Assembly: GCA_000708835.1 (NCBI GenBank)
Contig: DF237078.1
Coordinates: 1-64,000, forward strand
Direction: 5' to 3'
DNA: 64,000 nucleotides
Origin: Klebsormidium nitens
Lineage: Eukaryota > Plantae > Klebsormidiophyceae
The translations under genes and the position numbers were made by a program. The notes below the pieces were generated by a model. It ran no database searches. It worked only from the letters and a program-made list of their open reading frames with translations, and was not told the DNA's origin. The number at the start of each line of letters is the position of its first letter. Position 1 is the stretch's first letter. This document shows, one piece after another, positions 44,985 through 58,223 of the stretch.

Positions 44985-47900
44985 ATGGCAGCCTTTCTTT
45001 TGAGAAACAGCTGTCGTCTCCGCTTGCAGATGCTCACCGGGCTGCCAGGTGGATTTTTTGCATTACATTGCAAGGCCTTTGGTCTGAGGAGCTTTTCAGA
45101 CGATGCAGCTGTCAAGAAGAACAAGACAGCCAATGTGATGCTGCCTGAGTCGCCTGGGAAGGAGGAGCCTCGACAACATGCAGCAAGCACGGGGTCTTCT
45201 CAGAGCTGGACAGTGTCTGGTCATGGGCTTTCGGAGGACCAGAAAGACTTTCTGCAGGTGGCACAAGTGAGTTTCTTGCACGCACCTCTCCGCATGCGGT
45301 TCAAAAAAGGTGTCATGAAACAGATTGCATGAGCATGATAGCGGTCTTCATGTTGAAGACGTTGAGTTTGTCAAAAACCCTCTGCAATTCTTGCTTGAAA
45401 GTCACTTTTCTCATCATCTTGGTCCTCCTTGAGCTATCTTTTTTGAGCTTTGACAACACATGCTTAAGGTTCGATATGCCTTGGAAAGTACTATGTAAGT
45501 GGGGGAAGATGATAGAATGGGCACTTCCAATCAAAGACTGGTGAATAATGGGGGTCTCATATATTACTCATTAGTGTTTGTCTCCAGGAGTTTGCACAGA
45601 AGGAGTTGATGCCATTTGCTGCAAAGTGGGATGAAGAGAAGTACTTCCCGATTGAGACGCTGCGGAAAGCTGCGGGCCTTGGGTTTGGGGGCATCTACTG
45701 CCGCGACGACGTTGGTGGCGCTGGGTAGGACACTCTGAGTTGGACTGGCAGCTCTGTCCTGAAGGGAGACGCGTTTATACATGGGCTTCCACATTTGCGA
45801 CACTGCGATGTGCCCAGTCTGGATTGTACGCACACTCTTGACGGTTTGTGGGAAGTGTTGATGAGGTTTTGGAAGTTGCTTGAATGAATAGAGGTTACAA
45901 GCCGCCGCCTACCGATTCTGCAAGTCAAAGCTCTCAGCAGTGGGAGCCCTGTGGCACGCCTGCAGGATTGGTCGGGCAGACGCTGCAGTCATCTTTGAAG
46001 CTCTTGCATACGCGGACGTCTCAACAACAGCCTACCTGACAATCCACAACATGGTCTGCAACATGATAGACAAGTGAGTCGGTTTCTAACCGCTCAGCAC
46101 GACAGCACATGTCAACTCAATTGGTTGTCTCCTCCTTCAATTCTGCCAGCTTGAGGTTTATTAGATTTCTGAAATGCTTCTAGAATTGTAGTAGGATTCG
46201 GATTCCTACAGCTGCAAAACATACTGTCTCAATGGCTGCTCTCAATAAACTCCAGGTTTGGCGACGAAGACCAGAGGCAGAAGTGGCTGCCTAGACTGAC
46301 TTCCATGGTGAGCTTCTAACCTCAATCATCAAACAGAAGCTGACCAGATGCATATTGCGGAAGGCTCTGCAATGAGCGCCATTCCCGCGCAGTGCAGACA
46401 GGAGTTTTCAGGGCAGTTTTGTGATGTGGCAGGTGTACTTCATCGTTCCCTTTTCAGGCAGCCGGATTGCAGTCTGAATCGAAAGGTGCCTGGCTGCAGG
46501 AGCTTCTCTCATCATACTGCTTGACGGAGCCGGGAAGCGGCAGTGATGCTGCCTCCTTGACGGTGAGTGCCCTGGCCTACGTGGCTAGAAAGGGTCAATC
46601 ATGGGTCCGGCTCAGGAAGGGTGAACGTGATCCGAAGTGAATACCCGTTGTCTATCTTTCTGATTCATCCTCTCTCTGAGGCAGCCAAATGAAAGTTGAA
46701 CACTGCTCGTCCAGGAACTGCTTGCACAAGCTCACTCAGACTCGGGGGTCTGCCCGCCTCTTGCTGCAGACACATGCGAAGGCAGTGAACAATGGGTCGG
46801 AGTACGTTCTCAATGGAGCAAAGGTGCGCACCAGAAAACGTTTTCTTGCACCGTCGAAATTGGTCCGGCCTTAATCGTTCATCCAATTCTCGTCGTACAA
46901 GCACAGGCCCGTCAGCCAAAGCAGATTTCGCATCAAACGGTCTCGAGCTACACGATGCGTCCTCTGAAGGGCAGTTTGGCTATTGTCTCGAACTTCTCGC
47001 AGGTGTGCATGCCTTCGTTCCCTCCCTCATTGGTTTTTTGAGCCTGCATCCACTTGCAGGCATTCATCAGCGGAGGCGGCGTTAGCGACATCTACCTTGT
47101 TATGGCGCGGACTGGGGAGGAGGGGGCAAAGGGAATCACTTGCTTCCTGGTTGAGAAGGTGAGGCAATTGTCGTTCTTCGATGTCGTGGTACAGAGCATC
47201 TAGAGAACTCGTTTTTCCCGCTTAGGCTCTACCATACTAGTATAGTGGTTGTGAGTCTGGTGAAATGTTGCGTTCGTCTACGCACGTCCACTCAAGCGGC
47301 TGTCCTTCCGACTTCCAGATCTGATACATTCTAGTTCCACATTTCTCTCGTTTGCCCCCACGACATATCTTGAGTACGCCAGCCTACCCGTGCGGTTCCT
47401 CCCTGCAGGGCACACCCGGCCTTTCGTTTGGAAAGCAGGAGTCTAAGCTCGGGTGGAACTCGCAGCCAACATCGTCGGTAAGTCGCCTGTTCACATCTGC
47501 GAAGTGAACTTGCCGTTGCAAATCATCCAAGGATCCTCTGCATGGCGCACCACTGCCCGAACTCCCCAGGTCGCGGGGATGATGTACGCAGAGACGTCGA
47601 TGCAGTATCTTCGTTCTGTGAGATCTTTCGAACTTTGTTCCCGTTACCTTCCGACCGTCCAACAGGACAAATCCGAGCTTAAATTCCAAGGACGTTACTA
47701 GGGACGTGCAGGAGCGACCAAACGCGAGATCCGTACAGCGGAGCCAAGCTTGCATCAAACTCTGGCAAACGGCGCTGAAGCCCGTGGTTGCACCCGCTAG
47801 AGCCCGCCCGTGCCGCTGCTTCTGCAGGTGATGTTGGACGACGTGCGGGTGCCGCGGGAGCACGTCATCGGCCAGCTGGGCGAGGGCTTCAAGATCGCCA

Positions 47901-48913
47901 TGGCCGGCCTGGACGGCGGCCGCATCAACATCGCCACCTGCAGGTACAGAAACGAAACGTGTCGTGACTGTGAGGGTAGCGGTCGCGAAGTGGACAACAA
48001 AGGGTTCATATGCGTGGCGCGCCGATATCTTATGTTCTGCTCGGGTCCACAAAGACGGGACTTTCAGCTTCCTTTAAGGCGAATCGTCGCGGAAGGGGCG
48101 GCTAATGAGGTGGGGACGACAAGGAACTTTGCTGTTTCACAAACACAATCCCTCTGTTTTGTCCTTGTCGAGCAGTGGCCTTCAGTCCCCGGCCTCACCT
48201 GTCTAAACTGTGTTTGTCGTGATTTACAGTGTGGGCGGGGCGCAGTTCTGCCTCGACACGGCAAAAGAGTACGTGTCCAGTAGAAAGCAGGTAAGTGCCT
48301 CACTTGCCGGCCTTTAAACTGAACCGAGACGCTTCACTTGTCCGCATGGTGCTCGCTCGAGTGTTTGACCGTGCAGAACAGGGAGGCCTGTGGTCACGAT
48401 TTGAATCTGACAACCCTTGAACACGATTGCGGTGTTATTTGGCCAGGGCAAAGTGCCTTCGACACAAGTATCCCTGCTGGAAAAGATACTTATTCTCGCC
48501 AATGGTCGTTTTCAAGGGTCAGACTTTGGCATGTTGCCAATAACAACGACATCTACGCGTCATTGTCTTGTTTGCAGTTTGGGAAGCCCATCGGTGCCTT
48601 TCAGCATACACAATTCAAGCTTGCGGACATGGCTACCTCGCTCGAGGCTTCCCGGTTGCTTATCCGGAATGCGGCGACAGCCATGGACGCGAAGGCTCCC
48701 TGGGCGGGCGCAGCAGCGGCCATGGCAAAGCGGTTTGCGACCGATTCTTGCTACGACATATGTAATCAAGCACTCCAGTTGCATGGTGGCTACGGCTATC
48801 TGAAAGATTACCCGATTGAGAGATATGTGCGGGATCTGCGGGTCCACACGATTCTGGAGGGCACGAACGAGATCATGAGGGTAATTATCTCAAGACAGCT
48901 CATGCAACATTGA
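44985..48913 (+). CDS. ACAD8: Mitochondrial isobutyryl-CoA dehydrogenase-like acyl-CoA dehydrogenase
   Basis: GLSEDQKDF...[72 protein letters not shown] and [39 protein letters not shown]. The basic, Leu-rich N-terminus resembles a mitochondrial presequence. Confidence 0.9.
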
Positions 48914-49920
48914 GGGTTTACACACTTTTGTTGCTCTAAGGCCTCAATTGCTTTCAGTGAGACTCGTAGGTTGTAGCATGTAAATAACCATTCGTGCAAG
49001 AGGAATTCACGTTCACTGTGTCTTAACTTGTGAACATTACGGCATCATACTTGCGATGAGCTGTAAACTATGAAAGGGCTGCTCTTATCGTAACGGTTGA
49101 ATTCATAGTATACAATTGAACGAGTTAGATTCATTGAACCCGTGTGCATATCAAGCACGCCTAAGTTGCATGAGAAGAACATTCCGGCGTACCTATCCAT
49201 AGAAACTTTCCCGGCTTAAAAGGGGCCTAGACCAAAGGCGTCTGTAAATTGTACTGAAGTTGCAGTATCAGCGATCTGCTAGCCGAAGATTGCCTTAAGC
49301 AGGTGCACTGAAAGAGGATTGAATGTCGTATGCGCTTGTGGACATGCACAGTGAGAAGATCCTGATGATGATGCCCGCCGCATCTGTGTGTGCATATAAC
49401 CATTTGAAGCCTTGAAGCTAGAATAACCTACATATCACGAATCATATCGATCCGGTGTAGGACTACAATAGTGAAGATGACCATCTGTACGTTTCGAGTC
49501 TGTGAACCACAAAAGAGATTGCACTGACTGAAACTCGTCAGCTTTGGAGATGGTCGCCTCTGCTCTCCGACTGCTGCAGCTTCAACGTCCACCGTAATTT
49601 CAAGCCCATCTACCTGGACGAATCTGAATCGTCCGTTAGAGTCCTCCCAAGACGTCGAGGCTTTGCAGACGTCCGATGTGCCACGGTGGCGGTCTCGTCC
49701 TGTAGCTCAGCTCAGCCTCAAGTTTCCACTCGATGGTTTCTGTTGCATGAATGGAGATGGATGGGAATTCAAACAGCAACCCAGAGCTAGGGACCTGCTC
49801 TGCATTTGCCTTCGGCGCATGAGCGCTTCCTTGCCGACTTTCTGGGCAAGCTTTCGAACCTCCGTTTCTTTTCTCCACGCCTGACCCCGCAGGCGGAGTG
49901 CACGTCCAACGCCGTGGAGG

Positions 49921-52900
49921 ATGGCAGAGACGTGTACAATTCGGACCTATGGGAGCACAGTTGTCAGCGTAGGGTTGCACAAGACAGCCTTACAGACAGG
50001 AGAAAGTTGCAAGCGGTCCTTAGCAGGCAGGGGAGGACAGAGGCCTTCTCGAGTTGCCGCGCGTTGCTTGAGCAATGCAGGGACAGCTCGCCGGGACAGG
50101 AATGAACGGACACTGTGCAGTATTAAAAGCTGTAATAGTCAATTTCTGGGAGATGGGGCGACATCATCTGAGTGGGGCAGAGTAAAGGCACGGTCTACAG
50201 GCGGCCGCAGGGGAGCCCTGGGGGCCTCATGCGACATGTCCGTGCTGCCGGAAGCGGTATCTCAGGGGCTGAGTGACCTGCCACACAATTTAGCAATGCT
50301 GCCACATTTGATGCTTGGCGTTGGAGTTGGCCTGCCCTGCACGGTAATGGACTGCGGGGATGTCATTTACAGGAGTACGCTCCCCAAGCCCTCAGCATTG
50401 CAGCTGACATATGGAGGCGTGACGCTCTTATCGTTGATTTCGGCGTACTTGTGGGCCACTCCTGGAGTGGCTCCAGGGTTCTGGGACATGTTCATTCTAT
50501 CACCACTGGAAGGCTTCATTAGGCCTAAGTATACACAGGTGAGCACTGGATTGGCGTCTGTGCATTCTGTGTTCAATAGGGGCTACATAATTTTTCCAGG
50601 GAGATGGATGCGTTCCTTTACGAGTCGAAGGTATGAACATGTATCTGGATATTTAATGGAGTAGCTGCTGCTTGCATACAGGAGAAAGATTAACAGGAGG
50701 ATAAGTAGTCGGCAGAAGGCATTAGGTTTCTGCACTTCTTTGCTGACTGCAATGTTCTACTGTCAGAACCCTTGCAATCTACATTGAATGTCAGGTATCC
50801 CTTGCCTCTAATTCCGTAACTACCCAATTATAGCCTGTACTGCCGTAGGTTTTTAAGAGTATTTATGTGGATACTCACCTTGGTTTCTCTTCTGGCCCGC
50901 TTGACTTGCAGGATGATTTGGTCCTGGGGAAGAAGCTAGGGGAAGGTGCATATGGCACCGTGTACAGGGCACAATTGAAAACTGGAAAAGGAGCAGGCAC
51001 GGTAAGCCCGCTGAGTTGCGCTCCTGGTTGGACAGCATGTCTCTGCTTCCTCCCTGTGTAGGTACATGTGGCAGCCTTGCCGGATGCCAAATTGAGAGAG
51101 GGATCAAAGAAGTGCTCTACCTTTCTTGTTGCGGATACCTTGTCATACCTTCTTTTGTTGTGAGTATTGTTTTCAATACACATTTGCAGGCTGGGGCGGG
51201 TTTTGCATCACTTGTCCACGCTCAAGCAAACTGGATTCATATCAGTGTGGCACTTCACACACTTCACACACTTCTACTTCAGTTTGACTGACTTCTATTG
51301 GGTATTGTGCAGGCACTAGTTGTAAAAAAGGCAAGCGAGTTCGGAGCTGCCGAAGCTTGGATGAACGAGAGGGTGCGGCGAGCGTGCCCAAAGGCGTGTG
51401 CTGAGTATGTGTATGGTTTTGTGGAGGTGAGCAGAACGCAAGCCGCTTATGGCAGACAAGAGCCTGGGGATGAACACCAACCTCTCAAAGGTTGCTGGAG
51501 AGTCCTGTGCGGGGCCATTCTTTTTCTTAGACAGTTGCGGTGGCCTTGTGTGATCCCCTTTAAAAGTTGTCGGCGGCAAGAATGACATGGTATTTTTTTG
51601 TGCATAGGGAATGCACTAATAATGTAAGTTTCTCAAGTCAGCCAAACAATCACAAGTTCCGGGCTCTATGCCCCCTCTCGTGTGCTACAACTTCTGAGTT
51701 CATGGATTTAGCTTCTTGCAGCAGCTGATTGCCAGTCATTTTGCGCTTTGTGCAGTGGTACACTTGCTGACGCTTTCACTTCTCCATACAGGAGAAAACG
51801 AAGGGCAGATTTGGCCAATTCTGGCTGGTCTGGAAGTTTGAAGGGTCGAACACTCTGGCGGACGTTTTGGTGGCCAAGGACTTCCCTTACAGCGTAGGTT
51901 CCCGCCACGGATGCTGCACACAAAAGCTGGTGTCCCGCGAAGGCTGGCTTCCAGCATGTTTCAATCACGCGTTAAGAACGTGCTTTTTAGAGTCCTCTGA
52001 ACAGATCAACGATCAGGAATGCTTGTGCCCCTTGCAGATGTTAGACAGAAGCAATGTCACACTGCCTGCATGGTTTCGGGGTCTGATTGAGTTACCTGCC
52101 TTCTGCAGCTGGAGGACTCTTTGTTTGGGGAGCCACAGCGCCTCCGCAGAGGTCCTGAGCGGGAGAACAAGATTATCCAGGTGGTCATGAAGCAGATTCT
52201 TGTGGCGCTCAAGCAGCTGCACCGGATAGGCATTGTGCACCGTGACATCAAACCGCAGAACATTGTGTACTGCAAAGGTAGCCTGCTGTCGCTACTCAAG
52301 TGCATAGTGTCCAGTTGCAAATTGCGTGAAGGAACCATGTAGCAGGAAGGTATTTTATGATTATTGTGGACCCCTCAATGATCTCATGGGTCCCTCGAGA
52401 AATGAAATAGAACACATGGAGATCACAAGCGTTGTCTGTGCTCTCTTCTCTCTTTTACGCTTTCCTTTTACTTATGAGCTTGTGTTCAGGCTGTTCCAGG
52501 CTGTTCCATTCAGATTATGTTGAAAGTGGATAGCCTTGAGAATCGTGGCCTATTACCTCGTAGGCAATCGACCTACTTGGATACTTCTTTTAGCGATGGG
52601 TGCTTGATATCAGCCCTTGTCCAGAAAATTGCCTCATGCCGATGCATCAGCGGTAAGCTATCACCACAATCTGGCTAACACTCTGGCCTTTCGTGTAACC
52701 AGAGACGGGGCAGCTGAAGATCATTGACCTGGGGGCGGCAGCGGACCTCCGGGTCGGCATCAACTACGTGCCAAAGGAGTTCTTGCTGGACCCCAGGTGA
52801 GCACTGGTAGCAGAGATCCACATTCGTTCAATGAAAGGGCGTTTGACGCCGTTTGTAGTGACTCAGGGCAGCACACAAGGATCGGAGAGGGAGTCATGTC

Positions 52901-55059
52901 TTCCTGTGAGCTGAAAACTTATCAGCTCCGGACATGAGTTGTTCTTCATGCGCCCAACCAGAATGTACTGCGGGCTCGGTCTTTAGTAACGAATTATGTC
53001 AGCCTTGTGTTAGGTTGGTGTCAAATTCGTCGTACGTCACTAGAAGTTGGTGTAAATCTTGACGTACGTCACTAGAAAAGAGTGGTGCTCAGCCCGAAAA
53101 GATAATGACCGCGTGTGCTAGCTCGACCAGCCCGCTGCTGCTGCTAGCTTGGCAGCGGGAGGACCTTCCCCAAACCTCACCAGTTGCTTCTCTTGTTTGC
53201 TGCCCCTGTCTCTGCTCTTGTTACTGCCCTTCTTTCCGCCCCTGCATGTCTGGTCGTGAGACACGGAAGATTGAGGTCATTCAGAGGTCTTTCAAGGGGC
53301 TATTGGCGCCATAGGCTTGCTTTTTGCGTCCAATCAGCCATTCGTATTCCCGAAGAGATCTGAAATGATCTTTCCAAACTCTGAGCTCCTTTGTGCGAGC
53401 AGGTACTGCGCCCCGGAGCAGTACATCATGAGCACGCAGACCCCGAGTGCCCCCCCTCCGCCGGTGGCTGCAGCGCTCTCCCCGGTGTTGTGGCAGATGA
53501 ACCTCCCGGACCGCTTTGACGTCTACAGCGCGGGACTCATCATGCTGCAGATGGTGAGGGGAAATCCTGTTAACGGCGGTGCCTTTGATAATTTGGGTGT
53601 ATTTCCGGAGAGTCAAAAGCTCCGATTGACGATTTCGTTCTGAAATCCCCATTAAACATATCGTCATTGGATCCCGTAAGCCTCCAAATCCTTCTTTCGT
53701 TTGTTGAGCAGCTGTGCCCGTCAGAAGTCTTGATGTGCTGGTTGTGGAGTTTCAGGTGCCCGGATTACAGTTCGCCATAATCTGGGCGTAGTTGGCTCAC
53801 GTCTTTGTAAGCAAGTTGATAGCTGTTCCCCTTGGCACCAGTATAGCGCCGTCTTGTTTGAAGTCTTTGATGTGCGCTTTTGCTAGACTGCAGCGGCTTC
53901 AAAGCCAGCATCATGGCTTTCAGGATCCGGGCACATTGTCCGGAGTGGAAGTCTCTTCATAATATCTCTACCTACTTCGGTCCTGAAGTCTGGCGACGGT
54001 CTGGCTAAGCGCTTCACTCTTGAAACTGTCTCAGCAGTTGGCGGAGCTTCGTTTGGTGCCAACGGATCCTCCTCAAGGGTTCTTTGCTTCGCTTCTCGTG
54101 CAGGCCTTCCCGCACATGCGCAGCGACAACGGGCTCATCCAGTTCAACCGGCAGCTCAAGCGGTGCGGCTACGACCTGGACGCGTGGCGCGAGGTGGTCC
54201 TCACGCGGCCCACCGCTGACATCAGCCACGGGTTCGAGATCCTGGACCTGGACAACGGGCTGGGGTGGGACCTGGTGCGCGCCATGGTGCGCTACAAGGC
54301 GCGCAAGCGCATCTCCGCGGGCGGCGCGCTGAGCCACCCGTTCTTCACCACCAACGGCATCCTGGCGGTGCAGGGCGTGGCGGAGCTGCGCTGCGCGCTC
54401 GGGAACTCGTTCCGTGCGGACACGGACGAGTGGGGGCAGTGGATCTTTGACATGATGGCCAAGAGCGGCACCGAGAAGGAGGGCGGCTTCACCGAGGCGC
54501 AGCTCACGGACATTCGGGTGAGGGCGCCGGCTGGGCAGCAGTCCAGCTGCTGGCGCAGTGAATGTCGGGTCTGAAAGAGACTGGCATCATTCAAGTATTT
54601 TGGATGTTCTTAGCTTGGCGTCGTCACTGCGTTTCTGCTCCATGCAGTAATGCTGCTACATTATTTGTGGGGTTTTGTGATTGGGGTGCTTCGATCCCGC
54701 TTTGCTGCTGACGAGCTTGTGGATTTGGTCTTTCAGTGGTAGATCTGTTAATGCCCGGCATGATGGATTCTGCTTGTCGGCTCCTTCTGTGGCCCCGAAT
54801 TCGGAGACCTTGGGGACTCTGGTTAAAGGAGAAGGTTTGATCGGGTCTCCGCTTCTCCCTGCAGCAAAAGTCGAAGAAGCGAAAGGGCACACTGCAACGG
54901 AACTCGCTTGCAGCTGCTTTGAAGCTGCAGCGGAAAGTCGAGAAAACCATTACGTCGATCTCCGAGTCTGCTGACGAGGCAGAGAAGCAGCAAAAGGCCG
55001 ACCAATGGTGGGATCGATGGTCGACCAAAGTGCCGTCTGTCCAGAAAGCGCGAAGATAG
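49921..55059 (+). CDS. STN7: Thylakoid state-transition kinase STN7/Stt7
   Basis: Transit-like N-terminus, luminal [10 protein letters not shown] Cys pair and a TM segment, followed by kinase motifs [44 protein letters not shown] and [36 protein letters not shown]. Last exon 54865-55059 reads [14 protein letters not shown]...WWDRW, matching the STN7 C-terminus. Confidence 0.95.
53014..53077. repeat. Two-copy imperfect tandem repeat (~32 bp) in an STN7 intron
   Basis: gttggtgtcaaattcgtcgtacgtcactagaa is followed directly by gttggtgtaaatcttgacgtacgtcactagaa. Confidence 0.8.
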
Positions 55060-55243
55060 TGGGGTTCTCGGGACCAACCAGGGGAGGCGCCCATTGGTTT
55101 ATTTTTGCTTTGCGGCGTCACTTGTATGCAGTAGCTTGCTGGATCGAAGAGGCGTCATACGAGGGAAATGTAGATAAAGCTGTACAGTGTAGTGCTTGTA
55201 CTTTCACGGGTTGGGGTGGCAGGCACGAGTAATTTGCCTTACT

Positions 55244-55957
55244 ATGGATCATGCATATGGCTTCAAGCTACTCCAGCATTTGGCCTATGCGATCATTGAT
55301 GTTCCTTTTGATTTGAAGAACACGATTCTGGCCGTGACGGTTAGCGTTGATTTAAAGTTAGCATTGGACGATTGCAACTCTGTTGTTGAACTTTTTGGGC
55401 GAAGTCTAGGCCATCACATGTGCAAGTCTAGGCCGTTTCTGCCAGTCCTACCACTGCTATAGCTATCAGTCTTCCGGCCTAGGAAAAAGCCTGTAATATG
55501 TGTCAAGCTGGATATATCTACCGTCTGCAGTAACGAAAAGAAATTCATGAGGTGGATCGACTCCAACATTTTGCATACATGCGACCTGATGCAGTTGATT
55601 GACCGCTTCAAAGTTTTTGAAGTTGCTACAATCTATCATTCGATAGATCTAACAATCATGGCATATGCGACGCTGGAACTACCGTCCGACATCAAGTCGA
55701 CCCCCGGATTCATGGACATCCATGATAGTATACGCGCATATTGAGCTATTGTCCGACGTCTGCTGGGTAACATGTGCATTGCAATCAACATGTGCCATGA
55801 CCATCAATGCAGCCTGAGGTGTGCGACGCAACGGGTGGCGTGGCTAGTGGCTCATGCCACGGGCAGTACACAGATCCTTGTAACCTATAAAGCCCATGCA
55901 CTATATGGAGATGCCGATGTGCCCATGGCGGACAATAATTACACAATAAGGCCATAA
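55244..55957 (+). pseudogene. Possible decayed coding sequence with an internal peptide repeat
   Basis: One reading frame stays open for ~238 codons except for two single stops (55460, 55742). It contains three related motifs: LAYAIIDVPFDLK, MAYATLELPSDIK and ALYGDADVPM. Confidence 0.3.
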
Positions 55958-57125
55958 AATCGAGTTTCTGCTCAGCCTCACTGATTGCATTCAATGAATG
56001 GGCGCCGCACCGAAAGCTTGCAGGTTGAGAGCAGCACATTGCAAAAGCTAAAACGCAGACCAAAGAGCTTGCATTCTGAGTACCTGGCAAGCGTGACAAA
56101 AAGCATGACTTAGGCCTAGAGTAGTTACTCAGAACACCACAGCAGATTTGATGGATTGTATTTGCCGTAGATCTCAACATGACGCAGGGCGTTAATCATA
56201 AATGTGCAAACCTGTAAGCAATTAAGTCGCAGAAGCCACTGGGGCCTCGCCAATGGTCAGGATGCACAACACAAAAGTGTCGATGTCTAGAGGATATTAA
56301 AGTGGGACTGGAGAAGAACCTTGCTCCTGTTGAGTATGCACTCTGTTGTCAGAAGAAAGCTGGTACATCCAGGCTCAAGCCAGGATTGTGGCACAAGATC
56401 AGGCATCCCAAGTATAAACCATCAACGACAAGTGCTTCTTTAGATTTGAAACCTGCTGCAACTGGTTACTTATTAGCGCCATATTGCACAGAAACAGAAT
56501 GAAACGTTACACAATGTTTTATGTGACCATACCGTGCGAACCTCAACTCAAGGAGCATTGCTCAAAACTATGAGAATTTTCTTAACAGAATGTGCGATTG
56601 GGGCCTCTGTAGCTTGCCCTCGGCTTTGCTCGAAAGTCAAGAAAAGCTGTTCAATGACTAGCTCAAGAAATGAAGAAAGACAAGCACCAAAACAAGCATC
56701 AAACATCTGAATAACCAAGCCCGCAAGCCTCGACCACCCACAACCTGCTGATGATGCTGCCAGGATAAGGAGCCCAGCTGTGCGAGGGTTCATCAAAGGC
56801 CAGTGAACCCTATGCCAGCAAACGAACAACCACAAAAAGAGGCAATTGAGCACGCTCAATTGGAGCAGAAGCCAAAATTCAAAAAGACCGAAGGATGAGT
56901 GTACATTCATACAACATAAGGGTGCACCCAAGCCCCAGGCCAGGTTGACCACTCTCACTCGCAAATAATCTTCTCAGTTCCTCGTGAACCCTTGCCTGCC
57001 TGAGTCCTTGCTTAGCAAACGTGACAGAACTCACTATTCATCGTCCCTCGTGTACAGTCCCCTACAAGGATACCCTTCCTATATATGCATACTGTCCAAT
57101 ACAGTAGTAGTGCTCAGATCTGACT

Positions 57126-57746
57126 TTACACGTGGCTGATAGGTTGTTGTGAAGCAGGAGCTCCTGCTGTCAAGAAGGACAGAAAGCCCCCTGCTGCCTC
57201 AGGCTCATCAAGGAAAAGGTCGTCCGGAGTTTTGAAGGCCCCGTGCACAGCAATGAGGAAGATCCCAAGCCCAATGCCTGAGATGAGCACCGATCCAACG
57301 GACGTGAACACAAAGACTATCAGGAGGGTGAGGATGGATGTCCCCAGGAACTTTTCCTTCTCGCTCAGCGTCCTCCCACTGATCACAAGTGGCTCGCTTC
57401 TCACCAAGAAGAGGTATGCCCAGACAAGCCCCAGCAGTCCTGCCACGATGAGCGAGCTAGGGTTCCACAGCATACAGAGGCCGACTACAGACACCATGAA
57501 CACAGCGTAGTTCACGCGGAAGTAAGTGATGTTCTTGCGGATCCGCGTGCTGGCTTCTGTGAGGGACTCTGGCTTTGAGAAGGCATTCCTGTCTGCTAGT
57601 TCTGTCCAAGGCCGCTGCTGAGCAAGTGCTGCTTTGACAGTGTCTCCAACCCTGCCAAGGACAGCTCGGGCTGCAGGGCCACTCCCCCCTGCTGATGCGG
57701 GACTTGCAACCGCTGTGGGAGCTGGCGGCGGGCCAGGAGCCGCCAT
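57126..57746 (-). CDS. PRA1: PRA1 (prenylated Rab acceptor 1) family protein, PRA1.B-like; single coding exon
   Basis: RPWTELADRNAFSKPESLTEASTRIRKNITYFRVNY, two long hydrophobic segments and HGAFKTPDDLFLDE. A probable 5'-UTR intron runs from a donor near 57965 to an acceptor just upstream of the ATG. Confidence 0.95.
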   Translation of the reverse strand: MAAPGPPPAPTAVASPASAGGSGPAARAVLGRVGDTVKAALAQQRPWTELADRNAFSKPESLTEASTRIRKNITYFRVNYAVFMVSVVGLCMLWNPSSLIVAGLLGLVWAYLFLVRSEPLVISGRTLSEKEKFLGTSILTLLIVFVFTSVGSVLISGIGLGIFLIAVHGAFKTPDDLFLDEPEAAGGFLSFLTAGAPASQQPISHV

Positions 57747-58223
57747 GGCTGTAAAATGGATCTGTCCAACTAAACGACGCTGATTTGATAATAACACGGG
57801 ATGACCAGAATGGTAGAATGCAGGATTATTGTCTAGGGACCAATGGCCGCGGGGTACAGCAACCAGAGCAGCTAGCTTTCCTGTCAGATCCTTCGGTATC
57901 GTTGCTGCCGACTTTGAAGAGGGAATCCGTCCTTTGAAGTTTGAATGTGAGCACAGTACTCACGAGATCTCTCTCCGGTATTCTAGCCCTCCCAACTCCG
58001 CTGCAGGAGGCCGCACAGGTTGCGAACTTGAACTTGAAGTGCAGCTACCGCGTCCCTCTCTCCCTACGCCAGCAGGTCTACGCGCGAAGATGGCGGAGGC
58101 AGGCCTGCGCGAAGAGGTCCGTCCGATGAGAGAATTGTTGTATCGGCGTATTTCTGACCGTCAAATGAACATAAAGTAATTTTGACTGGCCAAGATTGAT
58201 CACTTATCTACCGGTTATACTAG

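Noticed and set aside
47384-48052. Long antisense or alternative-frame ORFs (this 222-aa ORF; also 407-838, 1695-2225, 4256-4765, 16775-17395, 35653-36243)
   Set aside because: They overlap GC-rich exons of well-supported genes on the other strand and run through introns with no recognisable motif; most likely shadow ORFs.
56548-56964. 138-aa hydrophobic minus-strand ORF downstream of PRA1
   Set aside because: It lies in the probable 3' UTR/intergenic region, and its composition is explained by T/G-rich sequence.
57829-58179. 116-aa plus-strand ORF ending MAEAGLREEVRP...
   Set aside because: It is antisense to the inferred PRA1 5'-UTR exon and intron, with no downstream exons or homology evident.
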